Shown: positions 1 through 11,989, numbered from the whole stretch's first letter. The stretch: DNA of 61,952 bases, filler included, from Asterionella formosa (GCA_002256025.1; 7 parts of 7 records of this genome joined end to end with filler, not necessarily neighbours in it), one strand, 5' to 3'. A program made the numbers and translations. The notes: generated by a model not told the origin, from the sequence alone.

Positions 1-185
1 ACAATCGGATTTTTAAACTTGCCCTGCATAGGAATGGACAATTCTTTTGGTGGCATGGGAGCGTTGGGATCGCCTGCTTCATCGGGATTGTTGGACGACG
101 ATGAAGTTCGGCATGAGAAGGGTACAATTCGACGTTGACAAGTCCAACGAGTAACTTGCTGCACTTTCAATGAACCAGAGATCAT
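1..185 (-). CDS. 5' part of a protein-coding gene that runs off the contig start; possible mitochondrial presequence; product unknown
   Basis: My translation from the ATG at 185 stays open to the window edge: MISGSLKVQQVTRWTCQRRIVPFSCRTSSSSNNPDEAGDPNAPMPPKELSIPMQGKFKNPI. The N-terminus is R/S-rich and acid-free. It is not in the supplied ORF track because it is truncated. Confidence 0.5.
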   Translation of the reverse strand, partial: MISGSLKVQQVTRWTCQRRIVPFSCRTSSSSNNPDEAGDPNAPMPPKELSIPMQGKFKNPI

Positions 186-1802
186 TGTAATGGTGGCTGT
201 TGCGATTAAACGGAAAGTGATGATGAGCGAGCACAGTCTTCCCTGGTGAGGTACCACTGGTGCTGGTACGTGGTACCCTGGTACCTGGTAACATCAACTC
301 AGCAACCGAATTATATTCGCATACCGGTACATAGATGACGGTATGCTACTGGGAATAGATTCGTTTGTCTGCTTTTGCCTCCGCTTTCAAGTTGCGGTCA
401 TTTTGCTGAAATGGACAACGTCATGCAGGACAGGTGCTCAAAACGACTAAATAGAGAACGTCATCAACTCTCGCTTTGGTTGTGTCGACAGTGTCACAAC
501 TTGTTAGAGACTAAATAATTATTTCATCTAAACACGGAAACATCAAAACAAGGCAAATGGCTGAAAAAGACAATGACTGGGGCAAAAGAGGGGTATGGAT
601 GGCCTGAAGTTTTGCTCCTAACTCAAAATCATTCTCCTTTTCCAGCCAAAGTGATGAAAACAACCAATAATGAACAGTTCTAGATCAATTAGAATTTGAA
701 ATATTTGCATGCTAGTGTCATGATACATGACAGCTAGTAGTGGTACCCACTATAACTATTACACCATCATACCACCATATGCATGCTGATGGTTGGAATC
801 ATGCTGTTCAGGGAACCCAAGGTAGCACTCATAAGCGCTTGTATATAGTTACTTTGCTTAGATTACTTGATTCTTTTCTCTCTATATATAATATTTACCA
901 GTATAGCACTATGGAGTAAATGTGTAGTAGTTGTCATGAGCAGCTGGAGTATGCATGGTGCATCATGTCATTGCAGCCTTGACCATGATGAAATTAACAA
1001 ATATTTCCATGAACAAAGAAAATGACGCTTTGCTATTGGGTACTCCCTCTGTTTATGTATAGTTGCAACACACTCAGCAACTAACCCGGCTTGATCCACA
1101 GCATCCTTCAAAGAAGCCACATGTAGAAGCAATATACATTTTCTACGGGAGACAATGCAGGCTGTGGGTACATTGGTTAGATTAGAAAAACGAGGCGAGT
1201 AAAACGCTAAATAGTGATGCATGGGCGTTGTTTTGGGGCTTTTGATTTTCGTTAGCCAGCATACTGACCTGTGTATGTGTGTGTACATTCAGCAATTCTT
1301 GTTACCAAAATGATACAGCTAAATAAAGAAACAAGAATATGATTCCAGACAAAAAATATTTCGTTCTACAGACTTCGAAAAATATAGCAAACATTTTGTG
1401 CATGCCCGGACTTAGATGACAAGCTGGTAATGCATCATGTCAAAGGCCTCATCAGCCTCCCTTTTGAGGTTGCAAAACAAGCAATTCCTGGCGATGTACT
1501 GTTGCTGTTCTGGTGTTAATCTCTTCTACTTATGTCTATTGACTAACGAAGGGTCAACAAGAAAGGGGGTCCAGAGCAAGCATTCCGATCAGGGCGCAAT
1601 TTTGCGGAAAATGCGCAAAAAAAAAATGAAGTGAGGTTCACATACTTCTAGACTACTTAGAACATGATATATTCTATACATCATTCGGTTCGGAATACTT
1701 CTTAAATAGGAAGGGTCGTCTGTAAATAAAAAACCGTTAGGTCTAACAGTTTTGCTGTAAGACCCACTGCCACAAAAATTCTCAGTATGACGTATTATTT
1801 TT

Positions 1803-1915
1803 TGATTGATCATACAAACAAACTGATTGATCATACAGAACTACTGATTGATCATACAAAAAAACTGATTGATCATACAGAACTACTGATTGATCATACA
1901 AAAAAACTGATTGAT
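1803..1915 (+). repeat. 21-bp tandem repeat (about 5.4 copies) with a 42-bp higher-order period
   Basis: The core TGATTGATCATACA is followed alternately by AA(C/A)AAAC and GAACTAC. Units start at 1803, 1824, 1845, 1866, 1887 and 1908. Confidence 0.95.
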
Positions 1916-2099
1916 GTCAACTAACGTTTTGGTGTTCGATCTAAAGATAGTAACTGTGAGATCAAATCAGTTATTCATTTGGTCTAACCTTTGGAATGCT
2001 AATATCAAATAGAATTTTTATCTTTCAATCCAATGTTTATTACTACTGATCTATCTTATTTCTCTCATTGATCAAACTATTATCATGTTCGATCAATGA

Positions 2100-5000
2100 T
2101 GAACACAAATCGAATTCAATGGATTGCTATTTAATACTCAAATATTCTACTTCTGGTCACCCATACTTTCCACTGTGCATCCTCTATCAGAATGAGCACA
2201 CAGTGGTCTTCAATATCTTAATTTTCACTTCCGGTAGCTATGTTTAGATCATTGCCTTTTCAAAATTAAATGAGAGAGTAAACGAAATTGATGATGCTTT
2301 ATTCGAACCTCTACCATTGCGAATGGCAGCAAGTCACATTCTCCAATGTTCTTGTACGACTTTCCTGTAAGAGATAATAACAACAATGTCAGCAAAACTG
2401 TTGCATCAAGTAAGCTAGGCAGCCATCTATACGAAGATATGTGCAACGAAACGATCACATGAACAATCCATCTCTCCAATTTCCGTATGAACAGGCAATG
2501 TGCATATAACTTACGTGTGCTCTCATGCTGGTTGATTGTTGCTTCTATTAAGAATTGTAGCAAGCCACATTCTCCAAGGTTCCTGTATGATTTTGAGGAG
2601 ATAATATCAATGTTAGCAAAAGTGTTGCAACGATTAAAGCATCTCCAGCCACAAATGTGCCACTAACTGATGACATAAACAATCTATATCATAGTAAGAA
2701 CTTCACGTCGTTCCAATCGACATAACGAGCATCAAATGAGAGTATAGTAACTTACCTATGCTCTCACTGTTAATTGATGGGTGACAAGTCGCGTTGTTAA
2801 CCCTCACATCTGCATATATGGAAGGTAAAGATGTTATTAATGTCGAAATCTTAATTAATAGACACAGACAATACAAAAAATCGGCAGCATTGTGCACAAA
2901 CATTTTAAGTGCGGTTTCTTACCTCGTAAATAGGTTGATTTTTATCGTTCGTCCTGAGGAAGTGTAGAAGCTTTGAGTGGCAGCAGCGCACACAAACAGC
3001 GACACAATTTTATAGTTTGCTTCTGGTCTCACATGGTACCGATCATAAGCCCCTTGGTAGCAACAGTTGAGAAGCAAAACAATCATATAACTCTCCTCTT
3101 CTCACCGGTTGGTTTGATGCCAGTAGAAGGCTCTCTATCACCATTCACTCATCAGTTTGTGATGTGGAATAGAATGCACTACCGGTTTGAATTTTTTAAC
3201 GATATCTCAACATTTCCTCTTCTTCAAAAAGTGTGTATAACATACATCTCTGTATGTCTAGTTACTTTTTCGAAGGAGCTTTTAATACCCTACCAGTATG
3301 TATGATTAGATAAAATATACAAGACTTAACAGGAATTCGAATACCCGGTACTGTGAAACTGTACCTATTACTACGCTGGTAGTTTGCCCTACCAGCATTC
3401 CCTTCTTCCCCTTTTCTCAATACCCGGTCGGAACATGACGTGGTGGCTACGGTGAAACTGTACCTAGTACTACCGGTAAGCTGGTACTATGAAACTGAAG
3501 CTTTGCGCCACCAATCTAATGTCTATAACTGAGTATGTTGGTGCTGCATCGCTTCCAATCCAGCACTTGCCCACTGTCTAATCCTATAGTTGACAGACAA
3601 TTATCCCTTTCTGCTTCCTTGTTCTGTTACAGTCACGTTTCTCTTGACAACTTGCCATTTGCACGCTATCGATAGTGCCTTGTTATCTGGAATGGTAAAT
3701 GTTCCGATTGCTACAAATAATGGAATGATCTTGGTTGTGATGGGGTTACCGATCACAGATTTTTCAATCAGGAAAAACGTGTTTCTATGGCGTATTTTAT
3801 GTCTGTTCAAGAGACAACGGAAGAGCAAGGAATGACTCTTACCGGTTAGATACTTTGATCATGATGACAAAGGCAAGGAGAAGAGACTAGATGATGACAG
3901 TGTCCAGGATTCTGTTTTCAACAAATTCTATGTGGTCCTAGAGTCTGGCTTGTTTAACAAAACATCATTTGAAACTTCAAGGAAATTTCGGAATCATATA
4001 GGACCAGCGATGATTTTATGGAAAACTCACTTTCCTCGATATTTTAGACTACATCAGAAAGACAACAATATGCCACCAAGTATACCCATGAACTAATCCA
4101 GACTGGCGACCATGTCCTGTTTCAATTTTTCCAACTCCTTACTGGATAAATGGGACAAATCACTTTCCTCCTCGACCTGGCTGTTCTTTAGTTACTTTCC
4201 GATCACTCCTACAATTTCGGAACTCTTTCAAACAAGTCATGGACTGCTTCTTACGGATTGGCAACCACGCCTGGATTTGCCTTTAATTTTGCATTTTGTT
4301 TTGCTTTGGAAGGGGGAGATTTTATATCAAGTCTATCAGATTCGATAGACTTAATTAGACGCTTTGAGGAAGTAGAAACAAGATCTACCACAGGCATACA
4401 AGAAACACGATCTTTACTTCTTGGAATGGTATTGGGAGAAGATGAACTGGTATCAACTATTTCGTTTTCACTCGCCTGTGTCAATGCATAAACGGAGAAT
4501 ACACAACATCGGTGATATTTTTTGGAATGACAGGTATGACAAATTCCATCGGCTTTTCAGGAAAACAAATTTCCCAATTTTCGCAATGGTTCACAAATGC
4601 GGCCGTTATTGTGCACAGAAGCTCGTTCCTCTTTTCTTTTGTATCAATACCAGCACCAACAATATTAGTAAAAATACAGGGATCATTTGAAACGCCCCAA
4701 TAAAAGAGAAGTTTATCCACATCATTGGACTCATTTCGACAACCATTGTTGTCGTATGACATTGGAATCAGCTATTGATTGAATAATGGTTCTGGTACCC
4801 TCATAAATATTTTACACTTCTTCGGATTGGCGGGAACATATGTGTGGGACAAGCTACACTACGTCGTAGATATAAGCTATATAAATATAGCGGTCACTTT
4901 GTGGAAATTATGTGTGTGGCAATTGGGTAAGTCTGTCCTATTTATTGCCTCTGATGTTGCCGATAAAGAGATTTCTTAAAACAATGGGATAGTACAATGT

Positions 5001-5600
5001 TATTAAGCAAAGTTACAATTGTTATATCGAACCCCATGTTATTCAAGGTTCATGTGGTGCTATTTTTTCCTGAATGAAATGAAGCTCCTTCCTGATTAGT
5101 GATGTTGCGGCTCTAATTCTGCAGCATTCAAACTTGCTCGTCAATAGCTAGTCAATGAGAATGGAAGAACCATGATTAAGGCCATGAGCAACAAACTACG
5201 CCGCCATCTGGTCCATCTTTACTTTGATCCACCTCTCATCTTGAAGAACAGATTCGAAATACGGATCGATGTTCGCAAAGGGCGAATTATGATCAAAAGG
5301 TATTATCTTCTTGATTTCGGTTGGAATTAGAATCGGGTATGGCCTTCAATGCATTGTTCTCCAATTCTGTCATATAAATTGACCAAAGCTTTTGATTTCG
5401 AGTAACAAACAAACAATCAAACTTCGCCAGAATAATTCCCCATCAATATCGAGACCATATCATTTGTTATAAGACTGAGATCATCGTCGTCCCCACAAGA
5501 AGGTAGCTCCTAAGGGATTGTTCAACAAACGCACATGGCTTGTAAGAAATTCGATTACTGTTATGCAAATGGAGAGATAATGACGAATACTACCAGTACA
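2100..5600 (-). pseudogene. Highly degenerate coding remnants inside the TIR element; product not identified
   Basis: A chain of short protein-like minus-strand ORFs (4481-4762, 4251-4484, 3601-3828, 2249-2563) is broken by many stops. GTAAG donor-like sites occur near 2756 and 2922. A segment is internally duplicated (about 2330-2430 vs about 2561-2650). Confidence 0.35.
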
Positions 5601-5806
5601 AGAATTGGATCAAAGCATGTACCGGTAGAGCATTCAAATCGGAATGGCAACAAGGAACGCACCCTTGTTGCACAGAATTCATTCTAATAGCATCGTTGGG
5701 TACAAGGTTTATATACACGTAAGGTGATCTGTGTAAAGTCATAACCTTCGCAAAAACAATAATTGATCAAAGAGCAACAACAGCTATTGATCAATCAAAC
5801 AACGTA

Positions 5807-6161
5807 TCAATATATCAAAACATTTGGTCAGCATATAGTTTTTATAACTAATATATATGACTTCTATCTATGCATAAGCTGACGTGTGTGAGAAAATATT
5901 CTGACAATCAAATTTGATTGACCACACCGACACGGTCATTGATACATCAAAATTATCATCAACATAACACAACATTTGATCAATATATCAACAATTTGGA
6001 ATAACCAATTAGATTTGGTAACTAATATATACGAGTTCTTATATACGCATAACCTAGTAACATGGCTGTGTATGCTACTAACCTAATGTACAACTTTGAT
6101 TGATCATACAGACACGGCTGTTGATATATCAAAATTATCATCAACTTATCAAAATATTTGA
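5807..6161 (+). repeat. Diverged tandem duplication of about 175-180 bp (subterminal repeat)
   Basis: 5807-5979 and 5980-6161 share the ordered blocks TCAATATATCAA, TAACTAATATATA, TTTGATTGA, GACACGG and TCAAAATTATCATCAAC. Confidence 0.8.
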
Positions 6162-6756
6162 ATAATCAATCAGTTTTTTAACATATGCTGAGTAAATCGT
6201 TAGATCTAATGGAAAATCTATTCACAGACAGTTGTTAGCCGGGTAAGTATTGGAGGTTGCGCTTCATGGGAGGCAGTGACCTAACGTTTGGTTGCAACTA
6301 TACATGAACAGAGGGAGTACATATATTAAGCACAATTTAGTAAATAAAATTGTAAAAGAATAGTTTTAATAATTCTAATTGAAATTGCCAATAGCTCATT
6401 CAAACTCTGTTTCCTTAATTAAATAGTTATTATCAAAAAAATTAATTAATCGAAGCCATTTTATCAAGTGTATAGTACACATTGCAAAGATGTGCATTTT
6501 GCCAAATGCTAGTTCACATCGGCCGGCCAGTCAAATATTGAGGGATAACAAATATACATGTCACTATCATAATTATTAATGCAATAGCATAATTGTAGTA
6601 TCACATACATCCTACAGTAGGTGTACTAACATCGACCATTCTACCAAAATGAGCATACTGGTGTTTCTTTCCTTCCCACCATCTTCACCTGTGCAATACC
6701 TAATCAAAAGCAAGTTGTCATTTTTAAACTTTTCTATTGCTCCTCATATTTATGTT

Positions 6757-6990
6757 GAGGATAGATGGTTCGAAAAAGGGGGATCATGCATCTACATTTT
6801 GCTTGATATGGCCATACGCGAAAATCGAAAAAGCTGAAAAACATCTTTTGAAACCTGTTACCTGGTACCAGGCAGTTCTTGCTAATTTAAAATTTACCAC
6901 ATTTATGTTATCGGTATACAAAGATCTGTGACTTGTGTGCTTGCGCTCACCATTAGGGCAATTGAACAGGAGAAAGTCGTAGGAGTCAAA
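6757..6990 (+). repeat. Dispersed repeat (transposon end), homologous to 17445-17655 on the other strand
   Basis: GAGGATAGATGGTTCGAA...GAAAATCGAAAAA...TAGGGCAATTGAACAGGAGAAAGTCGTAGGAGTCAAA aligns with the reverse complement of 17445-17655 (GAGAATAGATGGTTCGAA...GAAAATCGAAAAA...TAGGGCGATTGAGCCGGAGAAAATCGTAGGAGTCAAA). Confidence 0.85.
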
Positions 6991-8448
6991 CTGCCAAAGG
7001 AGAAATTTTTAAAATCCCCGCAACTATTTCATACCAGTATTTTCAACCGGGAGTGCGTACCAGGCACTCCCTGGCACCTGGTGAATACCTGGTGAGTATC
7101 TTGTACTGGGTGCTGGTACCAGGTACAGGTACTAACCTTTATAATTGACAAGGGGAACAGGTTGAACCCAGAAATTACCGCCTTAGTACCTCGGTATAAC
7201 GAAATACCGGTACTGGTACTCGAAGTAGGTTCCGGTACTTGTTTGTAACTACCGGTAATTGCCTATGATAAACCGGAAAATGCACACATGAAACCATACA
7301 TACGATACAGCGATACAGGAACCTGTTATCTTGAAAGCACGACCAGGATCTTTCTTTCTATTAGCTACTACCAGCTCTACCGTTGTACCGATAGTTGGGC
7401 GAGGATTGTCCAACACTTGTCCAAAAATACAAATGTAAGATGTTTTGTGTCCGTATGGCTGTATCGGTAGTAGAGTGAGGGAGTGCTCCATACAGTTTAT
7501 AAATCAATCGAGGATGAAAAGATAAAAGAGATGCTCCACCATTTCTCGTTTCGGTGATAACCTGGTACCAGGTACTACAAACAAAGCCATCCAATTCGTT
7601 CTATTTGAATTCAAGTGGATGAGTACGGTACAAATAAACATGAAATTTAACTGTCGGCCGGCCGGAAGTGCCGGTGCGATTTCTCGCGTCTTGATCACTA
7701 TTGTATGTGCGCCAGCATGCGAGTAGCGTGCCACCTCGTCGTAACGTTCGTCTGTAAGATCCTACTGCATTTTCAATCCTAAATGCCTCCCGAAGTCGTT
7801 GACTAAACTGGTGTTTCCGCGACGACTGGATTACCGGTATCTCGTTGACGCACCGACATGCAACAAACTTTAAAAGCACTGCCATCACGAGAACTCCTTC
7901 GTTTAGGTTCCAGTAAGCGTTGCAAACTCCTTTGTAGGAAGCGAAACGGACGCAACGCTTGGCGATCAACGGAACAAAAGCAGTTGAGGCATTTGCTCTA
8001 TTGTTGGTTTATCAAATTACACTTGATCAACGGAAGCGTTGTCAATATCCATCTTTAATCGGTAGGTGCCAAACAAATACATGAAAATGACAACGTATTT
8101 CGATCGATGATGAGGCCGCAAGCAAATTCGAACGATGTCCCTCCATGTCATGGCGCTCCTTAACAACACTGACTGCATTGCACTGACTACGATACTATTG
8201 AGTACTGCAGCATTTGAATATTCGACTCGTTATGGGAAAATCGCATATCCCGGCACGTACATATTTTCTATGTATGCGTTGGACTACCGTTGTCGCTGCC
8301 TGATTTTCAAATGAATATACTTTTATTCGTGTACAGATAAAATTTTGTCCATTTTCTCGAAGACTCACTTTGTTCCCATCGTCTCATTGCTTGCCAATGT
8401 CAGTATTAAGGTAGAGTGTTGGCGTTACAGCTGTCTACTGATAATACC

Positions 8449-8780
8449 ATGGCGGCAACTGAAAGCAAACCGAAGGGGCTGGGACCAGACAAGAAGGAAG
8501 CGCCGGCAACTATCGTGACACTTGAATCAAAAGGGAAACAAAAACGGGAAGACAACGACGACGCCGGTTCGAAGAAGAGTGACTCGTCGGAGAAGCGAGA
8601 TGAAATCTCCTTCCGTCAGGCTCGAACGCCAAAGCATAACAACAAGTCCACGGCGCTGACAGACAAAGAGAAACAAGATGGTGTGGCAAAGCCCAGGGAG
8701 TTGCAGTACCCCCCGCGACATCCCGGCGCATATCTGACAAATTCGTTTACTGCTCGAGAGCAACCGCAGCACCAGCAGTA
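8449..8780 (+). CDS. 5' part of a hydrophilic protein, truncated by the contig end; product unknown
   Basis: ATG at 8449 in good context (ACCATGG). The frame MAATESKPKGLGPDKKEAP... is open to the gap and has coding-like composition. Confidence 0.55.
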
Positions 8781-8880
8781 NNNNNNNNNNNNNNNNNNNN
8801 NNNNNNNNNNNNNNNNNNNNNNNNTTAATTAATTAANNNNNNNNNNNNNNNNNNNNNNNNNNNNNNNNNNNNNNNNNNNN
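8781..8880. other. Artificial contig spacer N44-TTAATTAATTAA-N44
   Basis: The linker at 8825-8836 has stops in all six frames. The same 100-bp structure occurs six times in the window. Confidence 0.97.
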
Positions 8881-9118
8881 TGGTGCTCGCTCGTCTGCCA
8901 CAGCATCTGGCAGTTCATAGCTCTGGAAGCTGAGCAGCCATCGCTTGGCAGCAATAGTATCATTTTGTCGTTGAGAGGATCATTGGCTGTGTCGTTCATC
9001 GTTCAGGCTGTTGTTAAGATTATTACTATGATTCCATTTCATCCTTTTATCTATATAACGTACCGGTAGTTGCCGCTGTCTGCTCGAGTATCACATCATA
9101 ATACTGATACAAGGAATC

Positions 9119-11989
9119 ATGACCACAAGCGCTCAGAATCACCTGATTCGACCTTCGTCCCACGTCCCATGGGACGTACAAGTCACTGGCTCGATCCCCG
9201 AATCCTTGATGGATGAGTTTCAGATCTCTCAGCTGAACGCAGCAGCACCGCAAGGAGCTCTCGACGGAACGTGGGCTTGCTTGCTCTTGGGGACAAGGAT
9301 CCATCTGTGGAATACCAACGCAGACAGCAGTAGTGGCAGTGGTGGTGGTAGTGGTGGCACGCAAAAGACGTACTTGCTCTTTCATCCGGATCTCAAAAAC
9401 AAGGACGTACGACTCGCGATGCATGCCACAACGACATCCTCGGACACTGTCACTGTCTACGCAGCGGCACGTTCCTCACTCAAGGCACAGACGAAACTCA
9501 TTGTATGGCTGGTTCGGAAGGGACAACGAGTCACTGCGATTGGACAGAGTCCGTCCTGTCGGTCCTATGTAGAAGCAGATGATATAACCGCTATGCAGGC
9601 CATGGAAGGAGGGCTGCTGTTGGGTACAGCGACCAACAACGTGTACTGGGGACACTTGACTCCAAAGCCCATGTCGCTCACGATTCAGAAACTCACAAAG
9701 TCGAACACTTCTGGAATATTGGGGTATGTCTTCGGGACGCCTGCGGTAGAAGACCCTGTACAGGCGCTATTTATCATCGATAAGACGGCGGTTCTAGCAA
9801 TAACCACCACGGGACATGTAGAACGGTACACAGTCAGTAGAAAATCCGGGCAACTGTCGTCGGAACATGCCGAGGTGGGATCGTTGGGAGCGCTCTTGCA
9901 AGAACGCCACAAAATCCAAGTTTTGCAATCCGTAGCAACAAAAGACCAAATACACGCCATTTATTTAGCGGACAACAAGGTTTATTACATCCACGCTACT
10001 ATAAACGACAAAGGTTCATGCCTAACCTTGAATATCTCGGAATGGCTTTGTCGCTTTCACGTCACTGTACAATGTGTGGGATTGGTCGCCACAGAAAATG
10101 ACATGCTGTACGCCGTTATGAGTTACCCCAACGAAAGCGTTTCCTGTCTGGCACTCAATAAGAGCATGGAAGTGGATTTACCGACCAAACAAGTCCCGTC
10201 GGTAGTTTTGCTGGGCAAAGATGCTGTCACACATGGCTGTCACATGGTCACGTCGACGGGCCTCCTGGTACGAGCCCGTTGGATGCAACTTCAAAACCAC
10301 AACATACCCACAGCTGCACACTCAAATCCTGTATTGGTGTCGCACCTATCCGCAACGTTCTGGCATTCATACCGATCCGCGACAGGGGGTATGCCCATAC
10401 CGCCATCCTTACAGTCGGCCAAACCAGCGGATTTAGAACGGGCCATTCTTGTGGTGGCACAACAAATTCAACAAGAAGGAGATTCATCTAGCCTCAAAAA
10501 TCCTATGGAGTGGCACACGAGTTTCATTGAGTTTTTGAAACAAAACGGTCTCTACCGGAGTGTCTCCAATCAAGGACGTTGGAACCTGCTGGGCATTGGA
10601 CAAGAATTGGCTGTCTATGGAGCGCTCGGGAGAAATCAACATCCATTGGTGAAAGACCTATTGCCACACGGCGTGGCTACCAAACTACAACTCCTACAAC
10701 AGCATGTCCTACAATTTACATCCACGGAACAAAGAAGTTTTTGCGATGCCCTGTGTTTGGCTGTAGAAACGGCGCAGCAATATCGGGCAGATCTAGCAGT
10801 TGACACGTACGACGTATTGCTCGATGGTCATGCATGTCAACTTTGGACGCACCAAGCGATTTTACAGCATGTGTTTGTGAGCCAATTGGAATATTGGAGA
10901 GATTCTGGTTCCAAGTTAGATCCAACGCAAGTCACAGTTGTGGCCAAGGCAACCTTGACTTCCTTTTTCGAGTCGTCACATAAGCAATACGAACAAATCA
11001 AGGCTCTTGCGATTCCACTTGTTAGGGCTGTCGACGATGATTACTCGGCGTTTGATTTGTCACAAGAGTACCGTTGGTTTGAGGGTCTGTGTCAATTGTC
11101 TCTAGACCACCGGAAGGAAGATTACTTTCAAATTGATACATTATTACGAGAATGGGACGACTCGTTTGGAAAATTTGTCCTGCAGTGGGATATTGACCGT
11201 CATAAATATGGCCAACTTTTGAGACATGGAGAACATACCCCTACCTTGCTGACTGAATTCTTGGAACGAGATGATCGACTGCGCCCATATAGATGGATTC
11301 ATTCTGGACGCATGAACAAGTACAGCACAGCGACGTCTCAACTCATCGATGACGCTGCCAACGGCACCATCAACTTGCATGATACCAAATGGGCCTTGAG
11401 CATGGCTGTTTTGTCCAACAAGGCATCCGATCATCCCGACAAGCGCCAAGCCATCATTGAAGCCAAATTAGATTTGGTCAAAGCGCAAGAATTGCTATTA
11501 CTACACGATAATGGACCTTTAAGGACTCCTGAACAGTTAATGACATTGGCCATGGACCAGTTGAAGGGTTCGAAAACTTTAGAAGAATCCATTCAATTAT
11601 GTATGGTGGGTTTGTCTATCGCCAAGGGGGAAGAGAACTCAAACGCCAAAGCATCGTTGGTATGGAGGAACGCCATTGACAAGGACTGGGTCGACTGGGA
11701 AAAGTGGATAACGACTTCCGTGGATTTGACCGCAGCGACGCTTCGAGACACGATTTTAGATAGTACTGTATTTGGGGGACTATGGAAGGCCATGCAAGAG
11801 TCATCTTTGGAATATCATTCAGTCCAGTATGATACCCCATTAGAACGAAGTGTACTTGAAGCCTTGGGATTGGATGCCGTGGGGCAAACAGAGTTGAAGA
11901 GACTCTTGCGATCCATTACATCGATTCAACTAGTTACTCGAAGTACCAGGAGGAGCAAGTCGTTGATTATGTCAACGTATGAGAATTAA
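9119..11989 (+). CDS. NUP133: Nucleoporin Nup133-like protein (N-terminal beta-propeller plus C-terminal helical stack), 956 aa
   Basis: Long intronless ORF with a beta-rich N-half and a helical C-half. The C-terminal motifs LSQEYRWFEGLCQL, FGKFVLQW..GQLL..LTEFL..YRWIH and KWALSMAVLS follow the Nup133 C-terminal pattern. Confidence 0.75.
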   Translation: MTTSAQNHLIRPSSHVPWDVQVTGSIPESLMDEFQISQLNAAAPQGALDGTWACLLLGTRIHLWNTNADSSSGSGGGSGGTQKTYLLFHPDLKNKDVRLAMHATTTSSDTVTVYAAARSSLKAQTKLIVWLVRKGQRVTAIGQSPSCRSYVEADDITAMQAMEGGLLLGTATNNVYWGHLTPKPMSLTIQKLTKSNTSGILGYVFGTPAVEDPVQALFIIDKTAVLAITTTGHVERYTVSRKSGQLSSEHAEVGSLGALLQERHKIQVLQSVATKDQIHAIYLADNKVYYIHATINDKGSCLTLNISEWLCRFHVTVQCVGLVATENDMLYAVMSYPNESVSCLALNKSMEVDLPTKQVPSVVLLGKDAVTHGCHMVTSTGLLVRARWMQLQNHNIPTAAHSNPVLVSHLSATFWHSYRSATGGMPIPPSLQSAKPADLERAILVVAQQIQQEGDSSSLKNPMEWHTSFIEFLKQNGLYRSVSNQGRWNLLGIGQELAVYGALGRNQHPLVKDLLPHGVATKLQLLQQHVLQFTSTEQRSFCDALCLAVETAQQYRADLAVDTYDVLLDGHACQLWTHQAILQHVFVSQLEYWRDSGSKLDPTQVTVVAKATLTSFFESSHKQYEQIKALAIPLVRAVDDDYSAFDLSQEYRWFEGLCQLSLDHRKEDYFQIDTLLREWDDSFGKFVLQWDIDRHKYGQLLRHGEHTPTLLTEFLERDDRLRPYRWIHSGRMNKYSTATSQLIDDAANGTINLHDTKWALSMAVLSNKASDHPDKRQAIIEAKLDLVKAQELLLLHDNGPLRTPEQLMTLAMDQLKGSKTLEESIQLCMVGLSIAKGEENSNAKASLVWRNAIDKDWVDWEKWITTSVDLTAATLRDTILDSTVFGGLWKAMQESSLEYHSVQYDTPLERSVLEALGLDAVGQTELKRLLRSITSIQLVTRSTRRSKSLIMSTYEN

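Larger units (their letters stand above)
1043..6317. mobile_element. Decayed DNA transposon with Stowaway/mariner-type terminal inverted repeats and TA target-site duplication
   Basis: Left TIR 1043-1069 is CTCCCTCTGTTTATGTATAGTTGCAAC. Right TIR 6291-6317 reverse-complements to CTCCCTCTGTTCATGTATAGTTGCAAC (26/27 identical). TA flanks both ends (1041-1042, 6318-6319). CTCCCTCYGT plus TA is the Stowaway/plant-mariner terminal signature. The interior holds only stop-riddled ORF remnants. Confidence 0.8.

Noticed and set aside
1803..1915. CRISPR-like array
   Set aside because: The 7-bp linkers alternate between two sequences, there are no cas genes, and the context is eukaryotic.
2700..3100. Possible KDZ/Zisupton-like transposase motifs (FH..C, INSE)
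   Set aside because: The motifs fall in different frames around intron-like signals, which is too weak to call.
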